Assembly: GCF_963921235.1 (NCBI RefSeq)
Contig: NC_086109.1
Location: 87,854,001 to 87,918,000, forward strand
Reading direction: 5' to 3'
Length of the DNA: 64,000 nt
From: Mobula hypostoma
Lineage: Eukaryota
Every line of letters begins with the position of its first letter. The stretch's first letter is position 1. Made by a program: the position numbers and the translations under genes. Positions 13,131 through 25,692 of this stretch are shown here, one piece after another. Under the pieces are notes generated by a model, which worked only from the letters and a program-made list of their open reading frames with translations, ran no database searches and was not told where the DNA came from.

Positions 13131-14439
13131 AGATACATGAAGAAGGGTCTTGGCCCGAAATGTCAACTGTTACTCTTTTCCATAGACGCTGTCTGACTTA
13201 GTGAGTTCCTCCAACATTTTGTGTGTGCTGCTTTGGATTTCCAGCTTCTGCAGACTTTCTCATGTTTGTGATAGGATATTCTCCACTGCGCATATATAGA
13301 AGGCTAGAGAAAACTTTAGAACTTAAATATAGATCATGTAGAAATGTATTCACACAAGATATAAGGTTGAAGAGAGAAGGCATTTATTGCCAAACTGTTT
13401 AAATAATGAGTTGTAGTCAGGGAACTCCATTGTAAACACAACCCTTAGTTGTATGCATCTGTTGTCAACCCGTCCCTGCATCATATCTGCCAGAGGGGAA
13501 AAGTTTGTTTAAAAGCTCATCTACTTTTATCTGCAGGTGTCTGTTCCACATTACCTGGTTTGTAATCATTCCCATTATATTTTTTCTTTGTTGTATTTGC
13601 CATGTTTAATGGTTTTAATGATTCTGAATCCTTTGACAATTTGAGTTTAAAACATCAAACAGTGTGGTGAATTGTCCAGAGCTGCAGACAGTAGTTTCAA
13701 TGGGAATCATAAATTTCAGCTGCAGAACCTCCTAAGTTTTACAGCTTCCCACTGTGCTGAGTGCAAAGTCTCAAAATCTAGTAAGTTATTTGCACTATTG
13801 AAGTCCAGCACTGGAGTCAGGGAGTTGTCCCTCCAATGCTTCCCAGGTAAGATCTGGAATTGGATTGGAGATTAATTTGTTCAGTGCTCTGCAAGTGAAA
13901 TGGGAAAGGAGAGTTAGTATTTTTGAAAAAAAAATCCCCTCAGTTAACTTTTAAGTTTTTACTAGGTAGATTTATATTTTTAATTCTCTGTTTCTGTTTT
14001 TATCATTATTTCAAATTTTTACCAGAAATTTGAAAACATTTGTAATTCTGGACAGCTTTGACAGAAGGCAGAGTAAAACCCCAAGCTTTTTCCACAGTTT
14101 TGTCAGGGGGCGAACAGGTGGGTGGGAAGTCAGCAACTGGCTGCCTGAAGTCCGATCATTGATTTCCCCAGTTGATTGCAGTACATGGGTGAGGTGGAAT
14201 GAGTCAGCGAGATTGACTGAAGCAGATGGGGCTGACCTGTGCTGGACCCCAAAGAGATTGGCTGATGGTAGTTGGGTCCGGCACAGACCAGGTCCAATAT
14301 TTCCAATAACAAAGATATTATGTTGAACATAACAAGTTCTGCTGATGCTGGAAATCATGATGCAGGGTCTCAGCCCAAAATGTCATCTCTTCATTCTTCA
14401 CCTGCCCTGATGAGTTCCTCCAGCATTTTCTGTATGTTA

Positions 14440-15500
14440 TCTTGAGGTTGTGTAAGACTTCAGTGAGGCCACCTTTTCAGTATTGTGTGCTGTTCTGGTC
14501 ACCTACTTATGGGAAAGATGCTCGCAAATTTCTACAGATGAACCATGGAGGTCATTCTAACTAGTTACATCGCCATCTGGTATGGACGGGCCACTGCACT
14601 GGACTATGAAAAGCTGCAGAAAATTGTAAACTCACCCAGCTCCTCAGCATCCAGGACACCTTCAAAAGGCGATGCCTCGTAAAGGTGGCATCCATCAGTA
14701 AGGACCTCCATCACCCAGGAGTTGCCCTCTTCTCATTGTTACCATCAAGGAGGAGGTACAGGAGCCTGAAAACACACAATCAACATTTCAGGAACAACTC
14801 CTACCCTTCCAGCATCAGACTTCTGAATGGACAATTAACCCATGAACACTATCTCCGTTTTTTTTTCTCCACTCTTTTTGCACTGCTTATTTAATTTAAT
14901 TTCCTATTTTCTTAAACATATACTTATTGTAATTTACAGATTTAACAATGTACTGTTGCAATAAAACAACAAATATCATGACATATTTCAGTACTATTAA
15001 ACTTGATTTTTGATTCTGAGTAAGATTGAAACAGGACTGATAAAATTTACAAGGATGCTGCTGGGACTTGAAAACCTGAGTTATAAGGAAAGGTTGAATA
15101 AGTTAGGACATTTCTCCCCCCCGGAGCATAGGAAAATGAGGGGAGATTTGATAAAGGTATACAAAATTACAAGGGATATAGATAAGGTAAATGCAAGCAG
15201 GCCTTTGGGTGAGACTAGAACTAGAGGCCATAGGTTAAGGGTGAAAGATGGAACATTCAAAGGGAAATAGATGGGAGTTTCTTCGCTCAGAGCGTGGTGC
15301 AAATGTGGAACAAGCTGCTAGTGGAAATAGTGCATGTGGGTTCAATTTCAACATTTAAGAGAAGTTTGGATAAGCACATGAATGGGAGAGGTAAGGAGGG
15401 CTCTGGTCTGGATGCAGATTGTTGGGGCTAGGCAAAATAACAGTTCAGCATGGACTGGATGGGCCAAAGGGCCTGTTTCTCTGCTGTACTGTTCTATGAC
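14440..15500 (+). mobile_element. CR1 3' fragment interrupted by a Rex1-like fragment (~14520-15015)
   Basis: CR1 RPPFQYCVLFWSP at ~14465 resumes at ~15020 (KFTRMLLGLENLSYKERL...RGDLIKVYKI...TRGH); the insert encodes LFSLLPSRRRYRSLKT...RLLN. Confidence 0.75.
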
Positions 15501-15554
15501 TTTAACTGCTCTGCTGTATTTGCCATAATTATTTTTTCTCTTCACTGTTTGCAG

Positions 15555-15851
15555 CACACAACCGCTGTGAGGTGGTGAAAGTCCTACTGTGTGCCTCCAA
15601 GGAAGGCGTTCCCGTTTCTGTGCTGGCAGAAGAGAATTTCCAGTATGTGCAAGACGCCACCTACGATATGGCACGGTTTCTGGTGAGCAGCGCTGGATCC
15701 CAAGAAGCACTCAATGCGATCCGGATAATGGATAACTTCCGCATGTCATCTGCCGACGCGACGCTGCTTGATAAAGACCTGACCTTAAAGGTGCAACATT
15801 TGGTGCTGCCTTCCAAGTGGAACGTCCTGGGGCCAGACACCAAGCTGCAAG
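15555..15851 (+). CDS. AKAP13: AKAP13-family RhoGEF, internal coding exon (297 nt, N-terminal domain)
   Basis: Polypyrimidine acceptor ...ctcttcactgtttgcag| and donor caag|gtagg. Translation (A)HNRCEVVKVLLCASKEGVPVSVLAEENFQYVQDATYDMARFLVSSAGSQEALN...LDKDLTLKVQHLVLPSKWNVLG closely resembles recalled human AKAP13 (HDCCETVKVQLCASKEGLPV...LPTEWNVLG). Phase 1/1. A paralogue (ARHGEF28/18/2 long form) is not formally excluded. Confidence 0.88.
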
Positions 15852-16719
15852 GTAGGCTTCCAGTTCAATGCGGCAGTCGACAGATGCATAATGACAAAGG
15901 CCATTCACCCCTTCATCTGCTGTAACACTGATGGAGTCTGTCATTTTGATCCACAGATCCACCCTCAGGGGCGTGCTCTAGATATCTAATGGATTATATC
16001 ATGTTTGAGATGATTCCATTAGTGAGAGTCTTAAGTGAGGACAGCTTTGATAGCTATTAAATATTGAGGGGCCAGATAGAGTTCCTATGCCGTATGGTCT
16101 GATGTTGTTTTTCATATTGATATTATATAGAAAAGAGAATGGTACAGGCCCTTCGGCCCATGATGTTGTGCTATCCCTTTAAATTAATCAAAGATCAATC
16201 AGACCCTCCCCCCTCCCCCACATAGCCTTCCATTATTTTTTCATCTGTGTACCTATCTAAGAGTTTCTTAAATACCCCTAGTGTATCTGCTTCCATCACC
16301 AACACCCCTGGCAGCACGTTCCATGTACCCACCACTCTGCGCAAGTAAAAAATCTGCCTCTAACATTCCTCCATAACACCTTAAAGTTATGCCCCTTGTA
16401 TTAGCAATTTCTGCCCTGGGAAAAAGTCTCTGGCTGTCCACTTGATCTGTACCACGGATCATCGCTGTCAATTCACCTCTCATCCTCCTTCGCTCCAACG
16501 AGGAAAGCCCTAGCTTGCTTAAGCTATCCTTGTGAAACATGCTGTCTAATTTATAATTGTCACATGTACCAAGATATAGTGAAGAACGTGCAGATCAAAT
16601 CATCACACAGTGCATTGAGCTAGATTAAGGTAAAACAGTAACAATGTAGAATAAAGTGTAAAATCTATCAAAAAAGTGCAGTACAAGTAAACAGTGAAGT
16701 CCAAGGCCATAATGAAGAG

Positions 16720-18080
16720 CACCAATGTGGTGTCCGCAGGGGTCTGTGTTGGGACCGCTTCTCTTTAAGCTGTATGTCAATGATTTGGATGGTGGAATTG
16801 TTGGCTTTGTGGCCAAGTTTGCAGACAATACTAACAACGGTGGAGGGCAGGTAGTGTTGAGGAAGTAGGGAGGCTGTAGGAGGACTTGGGCAGAAGAGGA
16901 GAATGGGCAAAGAACTGACAAAAGTAATACAGTGCTAAGAATTGTATGGTTATGCACTTTGGTAGAAGAAATACAAGCATAGATTATTTAATATTTTCTG
17001 TGGAATTTGTTGGCACTTTTCATCCCTCTTCCCTCCGGGAGAAGGCAAAGGAGCTTGAAGACTTGTACGGCCGGATTTGGGAACAGCTTCTTTCCAACTG
17101 TGATAAGGCTGCTGAACGGATCCTGACCCGGATCTGGGCCGTACCCTCCAAATATCCGGACCTGCATCTCCGTTTTTTTTGTACAACCTTACTTTCCATT
17201 TTTCTATTTTCTATTTATGATTTATAATTTAAATTTTTAATATTTACTATTGATTTGTAATCCAGGGAGTGGGAAGCGCAGAATCAAATATCGCTATGAT
17301 GTTTGTACGTTCTAGTATCAATTATTTGGCGACTATAAAGTATAAAAGGAGAGAAAATTGAAAAGTCTGAGGTGCAAAGGGACTCGGGAGTCCTAGTGCA
17401 GGATTCCCTAAAGATTAACTTTCAGGTTGAGTTGTTGGTGAGGAAGGCAAATGCAATGTTAGCATTCAGTTTGAGAGGACTAGAATATAAAAGCAAGGAT
17501 GTAATTCTGAGGCCACACTTGAAAAACTGAGAGCAGTTTTAGGCCCCTTATCTGAGGAAGGACGTGCTGACATTTGAGAGGGCTCGGGGGAGGGTCATGA
17601 GAATGATTATGGGAATGCAAGGGTTAATGTCTAAAGAGCATTTGATGCCTCTGGGCCTGTACTTGCTGGAAGTTAGAAGGATGAGGGGGGATCTCATTGA
17701 AACCTATTGAATGTTGAAAGGCCTAGTTAGAATGGATTGGAGAGAATGTTTCCTATAGTGGGGGAGTCCAGAATCCGGTGGGGGCGGGGGTATAGCCTCA
17801 GAATAGGGGGATGACTACTTAGAGTGGAGATGAGGAGGAATTTCTTTAGCCAGAGGGTGCTGAATCTGTGGAATTTGTTGCTACAGGCGGCCGTGGAGGC
17901 CAAATCATTGTGTTATTTAAGATAGAGGTTGATAGGCTCTTAATTAGTCAGGGTGTGAATGGTTATGGGGAGAAGGTAGGAGAATGGGGTGTAGAAGGAA
18001 ATGGATCAGCCTTGATGAAATATTGGAGCAGGCTCGATGGGCCGAATGGTGTAAATCTGCTCCCATGTCTTATAGTTTTA
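16720..18080 (+). mobile_element. Degenerate CR1 RT/3' fragment with nested Rex1-like 3' end (~17000-17347)
   Basis: GVxQGSVLGP and FADN remnants before, RDSGVLVQDSLK after; the insert has LPSGRRQRSLKTCTAGFGNSFFPTVIRLLN. Confidence 0.8.
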
Positions 18081-18589
18081 TGGTTACCAGGTAAGAAAGT
18101 AGATCATTTAAAACTGAAGTGCTTCTGAATTTCCTGTTGTGTATGGTAGTGAATCTGGGGAATGGCGGAGTATCGCAGTAGTGTAGCAGTTAGATAAACA
18201 CTGTAATAGCACGAGCCACCGAGGTGCAGTCCTGCCACTGTCTGTAAGGTGATTGTACGTTCTCCCCGTGACCATGTGGCATTTCTCCAGGTTCTCCAGG
18301 GGTTCCTCCCACATCTCAGAAATGAGCAGCTCAGTAGGTTAATTGGCTACCTGGGTGTAATTGGTCTGGAAGAGTCTGTTACTGTGCTGTATCTCTAAAT
18401 TAAGTAAATAAATTCTCTGCCCCAGGTGGCTGTGGAGGCTAGATCACTGAAAGTATTTCAAGAAAAAGTTGATAACTTTTTTAAAATGGAGGAAATGATG
18501 TGAAGGTAGAACTGGCATAGACGTGGATTTGTCGCCTAGGACAAACCAACCATGATGTTGAATGGCAGGGGTCGGCTTAAAATTCTTCA

Positions 18590-18828
18590 GTGGACAACCC
18601 CGAGCCCGGCTGCGAAAGGAAGAGGGGTGGGACTAGCAACCCCACCCTGCAAAAGCCCAGTGCTGCAGAAATGCCAACAGAAGCCCAAAAGACCTCTTTC
18701 CTAGGAGAGGAAGGATGCACCAGAGAGAAAGGCTGCACCTGGAGACAGCTTCGAAGACCCTCCCGGGACAGAGAACACCGGCAAGTTACTGTCGGCTGCA
18801 ATGCTGCAGTTGTGGTGATGGAGCTTAA
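18590..18828 (+). mobile_element. Bipartite RTE-derived non-autonomous element
   Basis: RTE-5'UTR-like gggactagcaaccccaccctgcaaaa joined to RTE C-terminal-like TWRQLRRPSRDREHRQ. Confidence 0.55.
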
Positions 18829-19667
18829 GGAAGTAGATTTTAGAGGCCAAGTGTCGGACTCCTGCTTGCATTTTCTTGCATTTCTTATTCTGTTTCCCTT
18901 GAAAATCCTTTCAATGTCCAAATTTGGACATTGTGCTCACAGTTACTGCTTTTTATGACTGCTCCATACACTCACAGCCCTATGCATGACAGTGTTTCAA
19001 AGTATTTCTCTCTTCACTGCCTTCTTTGTCCATTTTATCTCACACATCCTAATATTTATAATAAAAAGATCGTTGACCTGAAATGTTTAACTGTGTCTCT
19101 TTCCGCATATGTTTCCTGATGTGCTGAGGATCTCCAGCATTATAGAGTCCTAGAGCATGGAAACAGTCCCTTTGGCCCATCTAGTCGGTACCAAATTATT
19201 ATTCTGCCTGGTGCCATCTACTTGTACCTCGGCCATAGCCCACCATACCCTCCCATCCATGTACTAAGAGTCATACTAAACATGCAGGCTGGCCAAGATG
19301 CTCATCCAAGCTTATGTTTGTTTTGCTGGTGTTTAGCAAATGTTCTTCCGAACATTTCCCATCTATGCACCTGTATGATGATCTTTTAAAAGTTGTAAAT
19401 ATATCTGCCTCAACTACTTCCTCTGGCAGCTCACACTACATACATACCACCCTCCATATTTTTTTTTAAAGTTTCTCCTTTTAATTTGGCATCTGAGGTT
19501 TTTTGTTTGTCGGAGAAAAGTTTATCTTAATCCATCCTGTCAATTCCTTTGAATATCCTGGAAATCTGCATCATTACATAGAAACATAGAAAATAGGTGC
19601 AGGAGTAGGCCATTCGGCCCTTTGAGCCTGCACCGCCATTTATTATGATCATGGCTGATCATCCAAC

Positions 19668-22600
19668 TCAGAACCCCGCCCCAGCCTTCCCTCCATACCC
19701 CCTGACCCCTGTAGCCACAAGGGCCATATCTAACTCCCTCTTAAACATAGCCAATGAACTGGCCTCAACAGTTTGCTGTGGCAGAGAATTCCACAGATTC
19801 ACCACTCTCTGTGTGAAGAAGTTTTTCCTAATCTCGGTCCTAAAAGGCTTCCCCTCTATCCTCAAACTGTGACCCCTCGTTCTGGACTTCCCCAACATCG
19901 GGAACAATCTTCCTGCATCTAGCCTGTCCAATCCCTTTAGGGTCTTATACGTTTCAATCAGATCCCCCCTCAATCTTCTAAATTCCAACGAGTACAAGCC
20001 CAGTTCATCCAGTCTTTCTTCATATGAAAGTCCTGCCATCCCAGGAATCAATCTGGTGAACCTTCTTTGTACTCCCTCTATGGCAAAGATGTCTTTCCTC
20101 AGATTAGGGGACCAAAACTGCACACAATACTCCAGGTGTGGTCTCACCAAGGCCTTGTACAACTGCAGTAGTACCTCCCTGCTCCTGTACTCGAATCTTC
20201 TCGCTATAAATGCCAGCATACCATTCGCCTTTTTCACCGCCTGCTGTACCTGCATGCCCACTTTCAATTACTGGTGTATAATGACACCCAGATCTCGTTG
20301 CACCTCCCCTTTTCCTAATCGGCCACCATTCAGATAATAATCTGTTTTCCTATTTTTGCCACCAAAGTGGATAACTTCACATTTATCCACATTAAATTGC
20401 ATCTGCCATGAGTTTGCCCACTCACCCAACCTATCCAAGTCACCCTGCATCCTCTTAGCATCCTCCTCACTGCTAACACCGCCGCCAAGCTTCGTGTCAT
20501 CCGCAAACTTGGAGATGCTGCATTTAATTCCCTCATCCAAGTCATTAATATATATTGTAAACAACTGGGGTCCCAGCACTGAGCCTTGCGGTACCCCACT
20601 AGTCACCGCCTGCCATTCTGAAAAGGTCCCATTTATTCCCACTCTTTGCTTCCTGTCTGCTAACCAATTCTCCACCCACACCAATACCTTACCCCCAATA
20701 CCGTGTGCTTTAAGTTTGCACACTAATCTCCTATGTGGGACCTTGTCAAAAGCCTTTTGAAAATCCAAATATACCACATCCACTGGTTCTCCCCTATCCA
20801 TTCTACTAGTTACATCCTCAAAAAATTCTATGAGATTCGTCAGACATGATTTTCCTTTCACAAATCCATGCTGACTTTGTCCGATCATTTCTCTGCTTTC
20901 CAAATGTGCTGTTATCACATCCTTGATAACTGACTCCAGCAGTTTCCCCATCACCGACGTTAGGCTAACCGGTCTATAATTCCCCGGTTTCTCTCTCCCT
21001 CCTTTTTTAAAAATTGGGGTTACATTAGCCACCCTCCAATCCTCAGGAACTAGTCTAGAATCTAACGAGTTTTGAAAAATTATCACTAATGCATCCACTA
21101 TTTCTTGGGCTACTTCCTTAAGCACTCTAGGATGCAGACCATCTGGCCCTGGGGATTTATCTGCCTTCAATCCCTTCAATTTACCTAACACCACTTCCCT
21201 ACTAACATGTATTTCACTCAGTTCCTCCATCTCACTGGACCCTCTGTCCCTTACTATTTCTGGAAGATTATTTATGTCCTCCTTAGTGAAGACAGAACCA
21301 AAGTAATTATTCAATTGGTCTGCCATGTCCTTGCTCCCCATAATCAATTCACCTGTTTCTGTCTGCAGGGGACCTACATTTGTCTTTACCAGTCTTTTCC
21401 TTTTTACATATCTATAAAAGCTTTTACAGTCCGTTTTTATGTTCTCTGCCAGTTTTCTCTCATAATCTTTTTTCCCCTTCCTAATTAAGCCCTTTGTCCT
21501 CCTCTGCTGAACTCTGAATTCCTCCCAGTCCTCAGGTGAGCCACTTTCTCTGGCTAATTTGTATGCTACTTTGGAATTGATACTATCCCTAATTTCTCTT
21601 GTCAGCCACGGGTGCACTACCTTCCTTGATTTATTCTTTTGCCAAACTGGGATGAACAATTGTTGTAGTTCATGCATGCAACCTATAAATGCTTGCCATT
21701 GCATATCCACCGTCAATCCTTGATTTGCCAGTCATTTGCCAGTCTATCTTAGCTAATTCACATCTCATACCTTCAAAGTTCCCCTTCTTTAAGTTCAGAA
21801 CCTTTGTTTCTGAATTAACTATGTCACTCTCCATCTTAATGAAGAAGTCGACCATATTATGGTCACTCTTACCCAAGGGGCCTCTCACGACAAGATCGCT
21901 AATTAACCCTTCCTCATTGCTCAAAACCCAGTCCAGAATAGCCTGCTCTCTAGTTGGTTCCTCGACATGTTGGTTCAAAAAACCATCCCGCATACATTCC
22001 AAGAAATCCTCTTCCTCAGCACCTTTACCAATTTGGTTCACCCAGTCTACATGTAGATTGAAGTCACCCATTATAACTGCTGTTCCTTTATTGCACACAT
22101 TTCTAATTTCCTGTTTAATACCATCTCCGACCTCACTACTACTGTTAGGTGGCCTGTACACAACTCCCACCAGCGTCTTCTGCCCCTTAGTGTTACGCAG
22201 CTCTACCCATATCGATTCCACATCTTCCCGACTTATGTCCTTCCTTTCTATTGCGTTAATCTCTTCTTTAACCAGCAACGCCACCCCACCTCCCCTTCCT
22301 TCATGTCTATCCCTCCTGAATATTGAATATCCCTGAACGTTGAGCTCCCATCCCTGGTCACCCTGGAGCCATGTCTCTGTGATCCCAACTATATCATAAT
22401 CATTAATAACAATCTGCACTTTCAATTCATCCACCTTATTACGAATGCTCCTTGCATTGACACATAAAGCCTTCAGGCGCTCTTTTACAACTCTCTTAGC
22501 CCTTGTACAATTATGTTGAAAAGTGGCCCTTTTTAATGCTTGCCCTGGATTTGTCGGCCTGCCACTTTTACTTTTCTCCTTTGTACTTTTTGCTTCTATG

Positions 22601-22716
22601 CTCACTTTACACCCCTCTGTCTCTCTGCACTGGTTCCCATCCCTCTGTTGTGAACTTACCTCCTCACGGCTAGCCTCTTTAATTTGATTCCCACCCCCCA
22701 ACCATTCTAGTTTAAA
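19668..22716 (-). pseudogene. CR1 ORF2: APE endonuclease + reverse transcriptase, broken by one frameshift (~21720) and one nonsense codon (20268-20270)
   Basis: APE motifs NARSI, ITETWL, YRPP, GDFN, SDHN; RT motifs NYRPVSLTS, QHGF, LDFQKAFD, GVPQGSVLGP, FADD; C-terminal RPHLEYCVQFWSP and WNSLP. Three ORF-track pieces (343, 482, 199 aa) are collinear. Confidence 0.93.
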
Positions 22717-23441
22717 GTCACCTCAGTAGCCCCCGCTAATCTCCCCGCCAGGATATTGGTCCCCCTAGGATTCAAGTGTAACCCGTCCTTTTTGTACAGG
22801 TCACGCCTGCGCCAAAAGAGGTCCCAATGATCCAAAAACTTGAATCCCTGCCCCCTGCTCCAATCCCTCAGCCACGCATTTATCCTCCACCTCATCGCAT
22901 TCCTACTCTCACTGTCGCGTGGCACAGGCAGTAATCCCGAGATTACTACCTTTGCGGTCCTTTTTCTCAACTCCCTTCCTAGCTCCCTATATTCTCCTTT
23001 CAGGACCTCATCCCTTTTCCTACCTATGTCATTGGTACCTATATGTACCACGACCTCTGGCTCCTCACCCTCCCACTTCAGGATATCTTGGACACGATCA
23101 GAAATATCCCGGACCCTGGCACCAGGGAGGCAAACTACCATCCGGGTCTCTGGACTGCGTCCACAGAATCGCCTATCTGACCTCCTTACTATCGAGTCCC
23201 CTATCACAACTGCCCTCCTCTTCCTTGCCCTACCCTTCTGAGCTACAGGGCCAGACTCTGTGCCGGAGGCACGGCCACTGTCGCTTCCCCCGGGTAAGCT
23301 GTCCCCCCCAACAGTACTCAAACAGGAGTACCTGTTGCTAAGGGGCACAGCCACCGGGGTACTCCCCATCACCTGACTTTTCCCCTTCCCCCTCCTAACT
23401 GTGACCCACTTGTCTACCTCCCGTGGCCCCGGCGTGACCAC
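22707..23441 (-). CDS. CR1 ORF1 (5'-truncated), SGNH/GDSL esterase-like domain
   Basis: Motifs VIGDSIVR, PGARV, HIGTNDIG and DGLHLN, typical of the CR1 ORF1 esterase; ends ...VTLN*. Confidence 0.9.
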   Translation of the reverse strand: MVTPGPREVDKWVTVRRGKGKSQVMGSTPVAVPLSNRYSCLSTVGGDSLPGGSDSGRASGTESGPVAQKGRARKRRAVVIGDSIVRRSDRRFCGRSPETRMVVCLPGARVRDISDRVQDILKWEGEEPEVVVHIGTNDIGRKRDEVLKGEYRELGRELRKRTAKVVISGLLPVPRDSESRNAMRWRINAWLRDWSRGQGFKFLDHWDLFWRRRDLYKKDGLHLNPRGTNILAGRLAGATEVTLN

Positions 23442-24909
23442 CTGCCTTCCAACCTACCTACTGTACATGCCAGGGTGCATGTCCCACTTTATTGAATGTC
23501 TCATCATCACACTTCAGTTCTTCATGCCTTTGCTATATAATTTTTCAGGGGCCCTGGTGGATCTTGAGTTGGAGACTAATACTGTTTTCCAGCTGGTATG
23601 TCATTCAGCAATGGTATGAAGGAGAATGGCTGAAAACTTTTCCTTCGAATGTGATGTGCTAGAATCTGTTACACAGAGGATGCCATGCCTCCTCTTGCTG
23701 GTGAAATCCAGTGAAGCCCATTCTATCCCCATACCCATGCACAGAAACTTCCTTTGTGCCTACGCAGCTTCCTGTTAAAACTTTTCATCCTGACTGGTTG
23801 AGGACCAGATGGTACAGCCTCAGAATACAAGGACGTCCCATTACAACAGAAATGAGAAGCCTGAGGGTGGTGAATCTGTAAAATTCATAGCCACAGATGT
23901 CTGTGGAGGCCAAGTCTTTGGATATTTAAAGAGGAGGTTGATAGTTTTGATTAGTAAGGGTGTCAAAGGATATCGGGAGAAGGCAGGAAAATTGGATTGC
24001 GAGGGATAGTAAATCAGCTATAATCGAATACTGGTGATACCCAATGAGCTGAATGGCCTAATTCTGCTCGTGCATATGTCTTATGATCTTACCACCCCTG
24101 TGGTCAGTGACTTCTGTCTCAGTCTCACATCTTGCTTCATAAAAGTTCTTGCTGATCTCCCTTCCTGTATCTTTTGCCAGAATCAGCAAATCTGTGTCCA
24201 ATTGTCCTCGTGTCGTCAGACAGTGGGGACAGTTTTACTTGTTTGACTCTTCTAAACCTGCCAGTCTTGTACAATTATATCAATATTCCCTGCACCAAGG
24301 GAGCAAGCTTAGCTTCACCAATGCAACCTTGGCGCCAAGGTAGCTCATCCATTGAACCGTTCTGTTAGATCAATGTCCATCTCTCATGTTGCAGTGACCG
24401 AAACTCGATGCAGTAGAGGTGTCACTCACTGGATGTTTTTTCGTTTTTCTCTGTTAACTCTTAAGAGGCTGTTGTGCATGAAAATTCCAGGAGATCAGCA
24501 ATTTCTGAGATACTCAAACTGCCCCATCTGGCATGAAAAATCATTCACTTAGATCACATTTTTCCCCATTCTGATGTTTGGACTGAACAAAAACTGAACC
24601 TCTTGACAATATCCGCATGCTTTCATGCATTGAGTTGCTGACACATGATTGTCTGATTAGATATTTGCATTAACGAGCAGGTATGCAGGTTCATCCACTA
24701 AAGTGGCCACCGAGTGCATATCCTGTTCATTGGAAGTATCCTCACTGTCATACATTCAAGATTGGTGGCAATGGAAAATTTTGAAATTCCATTCTCCAGG
24801 ATGAAGGTTCATATTTATTCACCATGAACGCACATTTACATATATTAAAAATTTGCTGTGGTGTATTGGTCAGAAGGCAGCATGCCACAAAAAATAACAA
24901 CTTTCTGCA

Positions 24910-25692
24910 ATTAACAGCTCATATGCCAGCTTGGCTCGTCAGCTAATTCTGCTAACAGCCACAAGACTTAGCGGTGAGAAGGCCACCTTTCTAAACAATA
25001 TATATTTAGAGTCATTATGATTTGGGGTTCCACCAAATAGGAACATTGGGAATTCCAATTAAAGGAACCTTGATTTGAGCAAATGCTGTAAATACTGCCC
25101 ATACACAATTGTTGGTCACCAAGAAGTAACAGATTATACACTGCATAAAATCATAAAGAAAATTTATTTATCAATTTCAGTTTTACCAAACAGTTAATAG
25201 GAGAAGAAAAAAAATCGAAGGGCTTATTATGATTAAACCAGTCTAAATGTGCACATAAACATTCACGCTCATGTCTGTATTAGCTGGGAGTAGCTTAACT
25301 CATGGCGCTGAATTTTCATTACCAATTACAGGTAGAACTTCCCTTCTTGAACTCCTTTGTCTCGTGAAGCACTCCTTGCAGTAAGGTCTTCCGGTCTGAT
25401 AGGATCCTCCAGGCGTCTTCCCTGATCCACTTCTCTCTGCATCTTCTGCCAAAAGACCATGAACCCGACTACTCTCCATCAGAAATCTCTCTATGCCCAG
25501 CTCTCTCGCGATTCTTCTCTCCATCCCGCCACCCTGATTGGCTGACACAACATTCCTAAGTTGAAGAACATGGCACCTTATCTTTAGCCGAGACCAGAAC
25601 ATTCTATCAGCAGGACTCACGGCTTTTACAAAGAGCTGCTAAAATAAAATACCTCATAGCATAGCAGTAGACATCTTAATCAGGGCATTATA
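24910..25692 (-). mobile_element. Putative solo LTR (~780 bp) within a LINE tail
   Basis: Interrupts a Rex1-like 3' fragment that resumes at ~25693; minus strand starts tataatgccctg (decayed TGTAA), with CCAAT and AATAAA; TSD not clear. Confidence 0.45.

Larger units (their letters stand above)
19577..23446 (-). mobile_element. Near full-length, 5'-truncated CR1-clade LINE, young copy, antisense to the host gene
   Basis: ORF1 + ORF2 (APE + RT), 3' UTR and terminal tandem repeat read on + as catagaaacatagaaa at 19577; only two visible inactivating lesions in ORF2. Confidence 0.95.

Noticed and set aside
13720-13846. Possible upstream exon with a strong phase-1 donor (cccag|gtaag) compatible with the 15555 acceptor
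   Set aside because: The peptide (LQNLLSFTASH...LSLQCFP) lacks the FYLVFxGS..RH motif expected for the preceding AKAP13 exon, which probably lies upstream of the window; RNA-seq would be needed to rescue it.
14011-14358. Overlapping 98-115 aa ORFs in non-repeat sequence (likewise 5074-5412 and 47194-47469)
   Set aside because: No motifs or convincing splice sites; lengths are compatible with chance.
19645-23341. Several + strand ORFs up to 215 aa
   Set aside because: Antisense shadows of CR1 ORF1/ORF2 with no independent coding signal.
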